A DNA stretch of 64,000 nt from positions 30,814,001-30,878,000 of the forward strand of contig OZ024752.1 in the NCBI GenBank assembly GCA_964016885.1. Reading direction: 5' to 3'. Positions within the stretch are counted from its first letter, which is position 1; every line of letters begins with the position of its first letter. This stretch comes from Eledone cirrhosa. Taxonomy: Eukaryota. Under the pieces are notes generated by a model, which was not told the DNA's origin, did no database searches, and saw nothing but the letters and a program-made list of their open reading frames with translations. The translations under genes and the position numbers were made by a program. Of this stretch, positions 10,098-20,259 are shown piece after piece.

Positions 10098-10549
10098 CAT
10101 GTAAAATTCTGTTATATCGAATACCATTATAACAAATTTTTCAGTATTGTTGTGCAAGAGTACAATGAACCCTGGCGAGAATGGGCTGGATCACTACATA
10201 TAAATAGTAGCGGCCTGAGTAAGTGGGAAGTTGGTACTAGTTCCACAGTTCGTGTGTTGATAGTCAAAGTTGCAGTTCAAGTTAACAGTTCGAGTTAGCG
10301 TGTTGGATTGTTGGTTCTTAAAAGATTGTTGTGCCGTTACATGTGGTTATTGCCATTTGTTTCGATTATATTGTTACTACACTGTTGCAGTGTATTCGTT
10401 TATCCATAAGGACATACCAAGTATAACAAAATTATTTTCAATTCCCGGCCCCATGCCTGATGTGTTAGGTCGATCTCGTTATAAAGAATTTTTTATTACA
10501 ACAAATTTTTTTTTATATCCCGTAATTTCGTTTTAATGGAATTTCACTG
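10098..10549. mobile_element. Tigger/pogo-type MITE interrupted by a solo LTR
   Basis: TA flanks. The right end reads TACAGTGAAATTCCATTAAAACGAA on the minus strand; the left end CATGTAAAATTCTGTTATATCGAA is a degenerate match. Confidence 0.7.
10148..10419 (+). mobile_element. Solo LTR (272 bp)
   Basis: TGTTGTG...CATACCA termini, 5-bp TSD AGTAT (10143-10147 and 10420-10424), internal TATAAATA. Second copy at 40608-41167. Confidence 0.8.
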
Positions 10550-11272
10550 TATATCATTCAAACATTATTTGATGTTGTTTGTATTACTTGCAGCTGTCAT
10601 TAGGGTTTATTTATGTGTTAGTACCTGAATTTATATGCTCTCAAGTTAAATGGTATCATCTGACAGCCTGATTTTTTTTTTGTTTTTTGTTGTTGTTGTT
10701 TTTTATTTTCCTGACTTTCTTTTTTTTATAATGAAGGAGAATTATGTCCGAAACATCAAACATTTCTTTCCTTTATTCATTCAGCATCAATGTAGGGATA
10801 TGTTGATGGAGGGTAGGGGAAGGGACATGGTGATGGAGAGTAGAAGAGGGGACATGGTGATGGAGGGTAGAAGAGGGGACTGGTGGTGGAGGGGTGTAGG
10901 AGAGGGTACATGGTGGTGGTGGAGGGTAGGAGAGGGTACATTGTGGTGGAGAACTGTAGAACAGAGTGGTTGTACCTGAAAAGAGGGAACATATTACTTT
11001 TCAAAGAATGTATTTAATGTCATGTGCATCTTCTTGAGTCTTCTTCTCTCATAAAGCAATACTTTGTAACAGAATATTATGTCTAAAAAAAAACCCTCTC
11101 ATTGCTTTGGTAATTCTCAGTAAACTAGTTCATGATTTCCTTAATCTTTGTGACACAAGATACTGACAAATTCAATTGTAAGAATTCTTTCTGGTATCAC
11201 TTATTCTACAATAGGGTCTTCAGGCCCATTTTAGATGCCTAGTTCAGCTAACATCTGTAGCAGTTGAGCAGA

Positions 11273-11501
11273 TTAACCTTTTAGCAGTTAAACTGGCCAT
11301 ATCCGGGCAGAATTCTTTCACCACTTTCTGTTCAAACTGGCTGTAACTATCCACTCATATTGATGTTAAGGTATTGTTCTCAAAATGAATAATATCAAAA
11401 CCTTGTTGATTCGATATTGTGTGAGATAATTATGTGAAATAATATGTTTGCCACGAAAATATAATAGTAAATATAGACTAATGTAAATGCTAAAGGGTTA
11501 A
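11273..11501 (+). mobile_element. piggyBac-type MITE
   Basis: TTAA-CCTTTTAGC ... GCTAAAGGG-TTAA. Confidence 0.88.
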
Positions 11502-12053
11502 TCTTGGTGACACATGATACAGAGGAATTCAATAGTAAGAATTGTTTCTGGGTATCACTTATTCTACAATTAGGTCTTCAGGTTCATTTTAGATGTCTAG
11601 TTCAGCAAAACATATGCAACATATGCAGTAGATTCAGATAAAATTTTACTCTCAGATTTCTCTAAATTCCTCCAAATGTTCCACATTGACATAATATCTG
11701 TCTACATTACATAACTTCAATACATTCACATGCTATATGTATAGACTTCATTATGTCTTTTCCTCTCTATCTATATCATTCTGTTAGGTTTCTCTTCTTA
11801 TTATTCACAGCTGTTAACATAGTTTTGTTATACACTTACAAGATTGCTGAAATTCAGGAGTGTTTTGGCAATTATGTCTTCATAACATTACCAAAACTAT
11901 TTTGTGAACTCTTTCTTTCGCTTGACACAGTTGACACAAATGGTAGTGCAGTAGTAGAATAGATGCATTGTGGTATTAGGTTACAGCCCTATATTATCAA
12001 CTACCTTGCTAGGATGTTAATATAAATTATACTAGACATTATAAGCCTCCATT

Positions 12054-12277
12054 TGAACCCTTTAACAGTTTCATTACTCTATATTTACTATCGTATTTTC
12101 ACAGTAAGGGCTTTACCTCTCATAATTATCTCATAATATTGAATCTATGATATTTTGATATTTATTTTGAGTATAATACCTTAATGTCAGTATGAGCGGC
12201 CGGTTACAGCCAGTTTGAACAAAAAAAGGTGAGAGGATTCTGGCCAGATATGGCCAGTTTAAATGCTAAAGGGTTAA
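12054..12277 (-). mobile_element. piggyBac-type MITE
   Basis: Same family in reverse orientation; ends GCTAAAGGG-TTAA. Confidence 0.85.
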
Positions 12278-12384
12278 GATAGGATGGCTGAAACCAGCAA
12301 AAGAATAAAAGAATATATGACAGGCTTTTGACCACTTTCTGTCTACTAAAATTCATTCATAACACATTGGTCAATTTGTGGCTA

Positions 12385-12630
12385 GTATCACTCACTCTCA
12401 TCCCATCCTCATATCTGAGGGTCAAGGGTCATGGTCTTATGGACCAGCACTCTCCATCTTTTCCTGTCTCTTGCCATTGCCATACATTCTGTCAAACTCC
12501 TTTCTGTCCATTCCTTAATATCATCCGTCCATCTCCTTTTCTGCTGTCCCTTGACCCTTTTCCTCTGTATTCTTCCCTCAAGGATGTGGGTCATCAAATT
12601 TTGGCCCCTGATGATATGACCAAAATACTA
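12385..12630 (-). pseudogene. RTE-clade LINE 3' fragment
   Basis: YFGHIIR...ILEGRIQRKRVKGQQKRRWTDDIKEW...ARDRKRWR, the RTE C-terminal pattern, followed by a short repeat tail. Confidence 0.8.
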
Positions 12631-12799
12631 GTACCTATACTAGTGGCTATAGGTACTTAGTTGGATCAACATAGAATTAAGTAGTTATGGAGCAAACTCC
12701 TTAATGACAACCATAATACTTTCATGGACTTTGAAGCTGATTAGGACAGTTTTTTGATAGTATTAAACAGATGAGGCAAATTCATCTCTTTCTGAATAA

Positions 12800-13445
12800 C
12801 AGTTTTTCTCTCCCTTACTTTCTCTTCCTCCCTTCTCTCTTCCTCCCTTCTCTCTTCCTCTCTTTCTCTCTTGCTCTCTTTTTCTCTCTCCCTTGCTTTC
12901 TCTTTTTATTCTCTCTCTCTCTCTCTCTTCCTCCTTTCTCTGTTGCTCTCTATTTCTCTTGATCTCTCTCTCTTGCTTTCTCTTTTCCTTGCTCTCTCTT
13001 TTTCTTGTTCTCTCCCTTGCTTTCTCTTTTTCTTCTCTCTCTCTCTTCCTCTTCCGTTCTCCCCCCCCCCATCACCACATATTCCTGATTTTCTGGCCTA
13101 CTGCCAATTCAAGAAATTATTAATAACTACAAGGTACTTATTACCATCAACCTTAATTGTGTGTGTTGTGTGTTATATTTGTAACTAGATATAGTCACAG
13201 TTAAAGTACTCAACACCATAACATGTGTGTCCATACGGTTGTTTTTCATCTCTGTTTGTCTCTTTCTCTTCTTTTCACTAATTGATTCAATATATAATCA
13301 ATGAAATTCTCTTCCCTCTCTCTCTCTCTCTATCTATCTATCTCTCTCTCTCCTTCTCTCTTTCCCCCCTCTCTCCCCATCTCTTTACCCTCTTTCTCCC
13401 TCTCTCTCTCCCCCCTTTCTCCCTCTCTCTCCCCTTTCCTCCCTC
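12800..13445. repeat. CT-rich low-complexity tracts
   Basis: Directly visible (12800-13070 and 13310-13445). Confidence 0.9.
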
Positions 13446-13839
13446 TGTACTGAGAAGGACATTCAACACACAAAATCAGATTCTAGTTTACCCATTGTTG
13501 TTGTTGTTATAGAAGCTCACAGATCTTTCAAAGGAGTTAGTTATTTAGAAAAACTACCAGGTGTTGTGACCAGTAGATAATATCAGCATTTGGAAAGAAC
13601 AATGGAAACATTGTTTCCCTGGTCCGAACTGACAAGTTCCACTTCACTCTGTAAGCAAATGAGGTATGGGATCTTGTCTATCGAACACTGACTCTCACTC
13701 TCTCTCTCTACAAATCCCACCCTACCATCTGAAGAAAAGGAAAGGGCACATCGTGTAATGTAGTTCTGGGAGCAATATCCTTGCAAATGAAAATATGAAA
13801 AAGATGTGATGGTCATATTGGAATGTCATTGATCTGCAA

Positions 13840-14050
13840 AGGCATGTGGCTGAAAGGTTAGAGAATTGGATTCACAATCGTGGGATTGTGATTTCAATTC
13901 CTGGACCGAGCAATGCGTTATGTCCTTGAGCAAGACACTTTACTTCATGTTGCTCCTTCTACCTGGAGTTGCGACTAATAGATAGTATTAGCAATTGGAA
14001 AGACCAACGGAAACATTGTTTACTCGGTCCGATTTGACGAAAGTCGATCG
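13840..14050 (+). mobile_element. tRNA-derived CORE-type SINE (degenerate)
   Basis: tRNA-like head followed by TGTCCTTGAGCAAGACACTT, which resembles the CORE domain. Confidence 0.7.
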
Positions 14051-14119
14051 ACTGTTGAATTTGATCTGTTTAATGTCATTGACCTGTTTAATCAACCTTG
14101 ATCTGATCATTAATCTATA

Positions 14120-14596
14120 CTAGCAGAAAAACCAGCCCATGGGTGGTTTTCTGCTAGCATGTGTAATGTGTATATTGATATTAAACGCAAGTATATATGC
14201 ATGTAGATATGATACATCAAATAAAATCATAATTGACAATATACACAGAAATTTAACAAAGCCTATGTTACACTGTCTTCTGTAATCACTAACGTAATCC
14301 ATGATACATTTAAAAAAAGACGATATTATATATAAACTGCATTAGGAGAAAATTATCGACGGAAATATATGCGATGTTGACATAAGTGTTGACATTTGAA
14401 AATTTTAAAGAAGTGAATTTTAAAGATCATTAAATAAGCTATAAAATATATTTAATCAACAGCCACGAAATTTAGCACATAAATTATATAATATTCATTC
14501 ATTATTTAATCAAAGTAATCCAACTTATTTTACAAACGGGATAAAACAATATATCCTGGACGCAATCCCACACTCCTTTCTTTATTATAGTTAAGA
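14120..14596 (-). mobile_element. Non-autonomous Helitron
   Basis: Minus strand: 5' A|TCTTAACTATAATAAAG, subterminal palindrome (14120-14157), 3' CTAG|T; no TSD. Confidence 0.78.
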
Positions 14597-14839
14597 TTAT
14601 CAATGTTCACCTGATATATAATATCAATCAGTCTTGATCTGGTGTCTAAGCAGCAGCAACAACAACAACAATAACAACTACTACTACCAGAGAAATGAAA
14701 AGCTAAGAAAACACCAGCGGGATTTGAACTTAAACTATAAAGTTACACAACTAAATACCACAAGGCATTTAGGTTATCACATCTTTCCTACCATTTCTTC
14801 TGCTCCAGTCTTTGTAGAAACTAATTGGATTCCAGAGTT

Positions 14840-15990
14840 GAATTCCATAATTACCATTAGTAGATTCCATTATTAGCATAGGTAGATTCCATTATTACCA
14901 TAGGTAGGTCCCAGAAGCATAGAGTTACGTCCCTTTATGATCTGAGTTCAAATCCCGCCGAGGATAACTTTGCCTTTCATCCTTACGGGGTCGATAAAAT
15001 AAAGTACCAGTAATGTACTGGGTAATTGCTGGCCTTGTGCCTAAAATAGAAACAATTATTACCATAGGTAGATTCCATAATTACCATTAGTATATTCCAT
15101 TATTACCATAGGTAGATTCAGTAGATTCCATTAAAACCCGCCGCGGTTACCTTTCGTCCTTACGGGGTTTATAAAATAAAGTACCAGTAATGCACTAGGA
15201 TCGATTTAATTGACTTTCCCCTCCCCTTAAAATTGCTGGCTTTGTGCTTAAAGTAGATTCCATTATTACTATAGGTGGATTGGCAGTATCGGTAGAGGGT
15301 CGGATGCCATGCTTTGACGCATAGAGTTACGGCCCTTGCCATTCTGAGTTCAAATCCCGAGGTTAACTTTGCCTTTCATCCTCACGGGGTCGATAAAATA
15401 AAGTACCAGTAATGCACTGGGTAATTGCTGGCCTTGTGCCAAAAGTAGAAACAATTATTGCTATAGGTAGATTCCATTATTACTATAGGTAGATTCCATT
15501 ATTACTATAGGTAGATTCCTTATTACTAGGCAGCAGATTGGCAGTATTGGTAGAGCTTCAGACAACATTGCTTTGCGGCACAGAGTTGCAGCTCTTTACA
15601 TTCGGAGTTCAAATCCAGCCGAGGTTAGCTTTGCTTTTCATCTTTGCTGGGTCGATAAAATAAAGTACCAGTAATACCCTAGGGTCGATTTAATCGACTT
15701 TCTTCTCCCCCAAAATTGCTGACCTTGTACTTAATCAGAAACCATTATTACTGTACCAGTAATGCACTGGATAATTGCTGGCCTTGTGCCTAACGTAGAA
15801 ACAATTATTACTAGGCAGTAGATCCCATTATTACCATAGGTAGATTCCATTATTACCATAGGTAATAATGGTTTACTTTGCCTTTCATCCTTACGGGGTC
15901 GATAAAATAAAGTACCAGTAATACACTGGGTAATTGCTGGCCTTGTGCCAAAAGTAGAAATAATTATTACCATAGGTAGATTCCATTCAG
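14840..15990 (+). mobile_element. Array of family A SINE copies interleaved with a ~22-bp ATTACCATAGGTAGATTCCATT minisatellite
   Basis: About 6 SINE bodies separated by copies of the 22-mer. Confidence 0.85.
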
Positions 15991-16751
15991 TCCATTGTTT
16001 AGTTCTGTCCTCATTTTACAGTTGAATTATTTATCAAGAGGAAGGAATATCTAACTATAAACTCCACCCTATTATTAAATACATCTGTTTAAAACCATCC
16101 CATCAACTAATTAGCTAACGAGGAAGCCTCTACATCGTTACTTTATCTGTTAGAAATAGCAGCCAAATCTTCCACAAATCACACCATAACACTGATGTAA
16201 AGAAATGAAAAATACATTGAATAATGTAGTCCTAGATATATTTGTATCAGACTAGAAGCTTGAACTCCTTTAATAGAAAGGCATGTTCATTCTAGGCTGA
16301 CCTGGGGGTTAAACATTCAAGGGAGGTAAATCCCTTATTTGGGACATGACACACTGTGACATGTTCTCCACCCCCAACCTAGTCACTTCTGCGCCACAAA
16401 CTCCAGTACCCGCAGCCTGCAGTGCCGAGGACAGGAAGATAAGTAAATACCTTGTTGACAGGTCTTCTGGATCAGAGACGACCTGGGGCTAAACAACAAC
16501 AACAACAATCATCCCATCGATCGATGCTAGCACTGAAAAATTGATGTAAAAAACAATAAAAATAGTAAAAACAAATATAAAAAAAATGGTCAAAAGTCCT
16601 AAGTTCTGTCTATGGATAATGGTAATTGCAGTAATCGTGATTGTCTATATCTAGATAAACACAGCTTGCCTAAATATTACCTTTTATCTTCTCCAGAACT
16701 AAGACATCTTGCTGATAAATCATTTCTTAATGAATATTCATTAAGAGGAAA

Positions 16752-16809
<58 letters not shown>

Positions 16810-17047
16810 TGTGCGAGAGAGAGTGAGAGCATAGATTACATAGGAAAAAATATGTAAGTCTTCTGTGAATAAAGAGAAATAAGGAAGGAGGAGGAGAAGG
16901 TGAAGTAAAGATTGAGAGATATGTTAAGGTGAACAGGTTGAAAAATTATAGAGACAGTAATGTCTGTTTGTGTGTGAGAGAGAGAGGGGGGCATTGAATT
17001 ACAGTGAATTTGATAGAGTTATATATATATATATATACACATATATC

Positions 17048-17112
<65 letters not shown>

Positions 17113-17257
17113 ACTTACATGCATACATATACATATATATATATGTACACATATCTACATACATATATAGATATATATATATACACATATATCTATATAT
17201 ATACACATACATGCATACATATATATATATATATATCCACGCTAGCTTGGTTATATA

Positions 17258-18154
17258 TCATAATCTATAAAGCTCAGTGTGTGGTCATGCTCCTTCGTTA
17301 TAGAAATCTACGATATAGAATTTCTTCAATTGAAATTTACAATTCAGTATTCGAAATAGCTTCGATTGCGTCTTGACGCAGATAATTTTTTCAATTTCAT
17401 CCACAATTACGCAAAAAATAGATAAAACTCAATATTTTACGATTTTTCTCTCTCATTTAAACTGCTGAACTCTTTCTACTACCATTCAAAATCTATACAA
17501 CTTCATACTTTCTGCTACTTTCTCTTTCCAAGCTTGATGGTGATACTGTCCGTTCACACCACTCCCTACTGTCTTAAATTTAGAAAACACATATCCTCTA
17601 TGAGGTTACTAAACCTGCTAGAAACAGCAGCTAACTCTCCCCCATATCACACCCCTCCCTACTGTCTTAAATTTAGAAAACATATCTTCTATGAGGTCAC
17701 TAAACCTGCTAGAAACAGCAGCTAACTCTCCCCCATATCACACCACTCCATACTGTCTTAAATTTAGAAAACACATATCCTCTATGAGGTCACTAAACCT
17801 GCTAGAAACAACAGCTAACTCTCCCTCATATCACAACCCTCCCTACTGTCTTAAATTTAGAAAACACACAGACAACCATGCAGAACAACTCCATCGCAGC
17901 TCTGTTGTTCGGCTGGCATCGTCTACGCGCGTGTTGCGCAAGTACTGTGAAACAATAAATTGCAACACTTTTTTGCACAGAGATAATATCCATAGGCGAA
18001 ACTACAATTGTCACTGCTGGCGCAGCTCATGCTTCCAGGTCTGCAATTCAATCACCCAGTGCCTGGCAGATAAAAAAGTGCTGCCATAAAATGGGTGGTG
18101 CAACCTAACTTTGGTAACTTAATGACCCCGAGCAACGCCGGGCTTTAATGCTAG
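17258..18154 (+). mobile_element. Non-autonomous Helitron containing an inserted ~90-bp tandem repeat
   Basis: 3' hairpin CCCGAGCAACGCCGGG (18127-18142) followed by CTAG|T (18151-18154). The 5' TC...TATAAAG position is approximate. Confidence 0.72.
17553..17868. repeat. ~90-bp tandem repeat (about 3.5 copies)
   Basis: Unit ...CTGCTAGAAACAGCAGCTAACTCTCCCCATATCACAC...TACTGTCTTAAATTTAGAAAAC; single related copies near 16140 and 51850. Confidence 0.9.
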
Positions 18155-18300
18155 TATATATATAAATGTTGTTGGCGTTAGGAAGGACACCCAGTAGTAG
18201 GAACCTAGCCAGAAACAGTCCTATATGAGTAAGACATGGTCACCTAACTCAAGCTAGCGTGGGTAATGGACGGTAAACGATGATGATGATATATATATAT

Positions 18301-18520
18301 GACCACTGGATAAAGAAGTGCCAAGAAATCCCAGTAGAAGGAAGACGCAGTAGATGAAGACCACGAAAAACATGGGCGGAGGTGGTGAGAGGTGATCTCA
18401 GATTGCTGAAGCTCACGGAGGAGATGATGAAGGACCGTGATGAATGGAGAGATGCTGTACTGAATAGGACCCGTCCCACCCTTGCAAGCAGGGAAAAGCG
18501 GATGTATGATGATGATGATG
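18301..18520 (+). pseudogene. RTE LINE (family 2) 3' fragment
   Basis: Matches the 3' end of the 56.3-59.3 kb element, ending CCCTTGCAAGCAGGGAAAAGCGGA(TGA)n. Confidence 0.88.
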
Positions 18521-18525
18521 AATGA

Positions 18526-18601
<76 letters not shown>

Positions 18602-18905
18602 AAAAAGTAAACAGAAATAACAAAGCAAAATGACACAGTACAATGGCTGGTAATGTGTTGGGTCAGTACAGGCCAAGTCAGCTACTCTCCTCTTAAACAG
18701 GCCACAGGGTCACCACAACCTACTCACATATGTTTTATTTTGACCAGGTTATAACATGAAGATGGGGCTATGAAAGTCTTGAAACATTAGTAAACTTGTG
18801 GATGTAGGAGCAAATATAAAAAACTAATAAATAAAACTTTATAAAAAGGATTGAACTTCATCACAGTCATGGTTTTAATATAACATATTTGAAAGAAAAG
18901 CTGAT

Positions 18906-18947
<42 letters not shown>

Positions 18948-18955
<8 letters not shown>

Positions 18956-19185
18956 AACAATACAGTATAATTACCTCATTACCAGAGGTTTCCCGAATAA
19001 GATGAATACAAGAAACGTCCGTAAATTGCCTTGTCTGACGAATGAATGCGAACGTTTCTTGTATTCGTCTTATTCGGGAAACCTCTGGTAATGAGGTAAT
19101 TATACTGTATTGTTTATTATACATTAAATATTTAGCATCTTCATTCCTCTGACTTTTTCAATTTTCAACGGAAACTTCAATACTT
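18948..19185 (+). mobile_element. Penelope-like remnant with inverted partial pLTR, in (TA)n
   Basis: ~70-bp inverted arms 18948-19017 and 19051-19121, an embedded hammerhead motif, and TA runs on both sides. Confidence 0.7.
19024..19101 (+). ncRNA. Type I hammerhead ribozyme motif
   Basis: Stem I AATTGCCTTGT/ATGAGGTAATT (11 bp with GU pairs), core CTGACGA (19035), GAAA (19078), stem III ACC-tct-GGT, GUA cleavage site. The stem II closing pair is imperfect. Confidence 0.65.
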
Positions 19186-19304
19186 ATATATATATTATAA
19201 ATTTCCGGTTGGTTGATTGGTTGGTTCGATAACCGGAAGGTTGTTTATATATTGTCTTGTAGATGGTTTGGGACAGAACAAAGGAGAGACACAATAAAAA
19301 CCTA

Positions 19305-19347
19305 GTCACTGAGGAGGTCACAGAATGTGTGACGAAAGAGCTTTGAC
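19305..19347 (+). ncRNA. Minimal type I hammerhead ribozyme motif in a second Penelope-like remnant (19193-19450)
   Basis: GTCA-CTGAGGA-G-GTCACA gaatg TGTGAC-GAAA-GagC-TT-TGAC; inverted arms at about 19193 and 19358-19384. Confidence 0.7.
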
Positions 19348-19647
19348 AATATATAATCAACCAACCAGCCGGAAATTTATAATAAATTGAAGTGAAAACC
19401 AACATGTGCATGTGTTTTTATTGGCAACATGGCCCTCCCTAAGTATAACAATATATATATCCATATGTGGTTGATGGCTGAGAGAAAGGAGTGCTCAATA
19501 TCAATGTAGAGTTTTAATATTCAATAATATCAAGGTTAAAATATGAGTCTTGTTACTCTGGAGTTTCTCCTGTGATAAACAGGCAAAATTCCAGTGTAAC
19601 AAGACTCACTTTTTAGCCTTGATATTATTTAGTATATATATTATATG

Positions 19648-19905
19648 TGAAGGCGCATGGCTTGGTGGTTAAAGCATTGGGCTTCCAATTGAAAGGTTGT
19701 GAGTTCAATTCTCGGACCGGGTGATGTGTTGTTTCCTTGAGCAAGACACTTTATTTCACATTGCTCCAGTTTACTCAGCTGTAGAAATGAGTACCGGCCT
19801 GCCTGCCCAGCCAGTGGGATGGCTTTATCTTATGGCTAAAACAGCATGCCGTGCTGTGACCAGCGGCGCCGATTGCCGCCCGACAGACTGGTCGGTCAAG
19901 AGGTG
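19648..19905 (+). mobile_element. tRNA-derived CORE-type SINE
   Basis: TGGCTTGGTGG A-box, GTTCAATTC B-box, CCTTGAGCAAGACACTT...CAGCTGTAGAAATG CORE-like body. Confidence 0.8.
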
Positions 19906-19938
<33 letters not shown>

Positions 19939-20259
19939 CACACAGATTTATGGGAGAAGGAGTGAAAGAGGCATGGCACCATATGTTAATAATGTATTAT
20001 TTATTGATTTAATAGTTTCTTAAGAGAGAGTTGGGGAGAGAGGAGAGAGTGTGGAGAGAGAGATTGGAAGAGAAAGTGAGAAAGAGAGGGAATCTGTTTT
20101 CTTTTGTTTCATATTACTTTACTTTATTATTCTTTTTTATCTGTTTTCTTTCAAGAAGGAATATTTAAATCTTATAAGTACACTGGTCTGTTGTGTTTTA
20201 TTGCTATTGCTGTGGTTGTTATCAAAACCACCACCACTATCACCACCATCATGATCACT

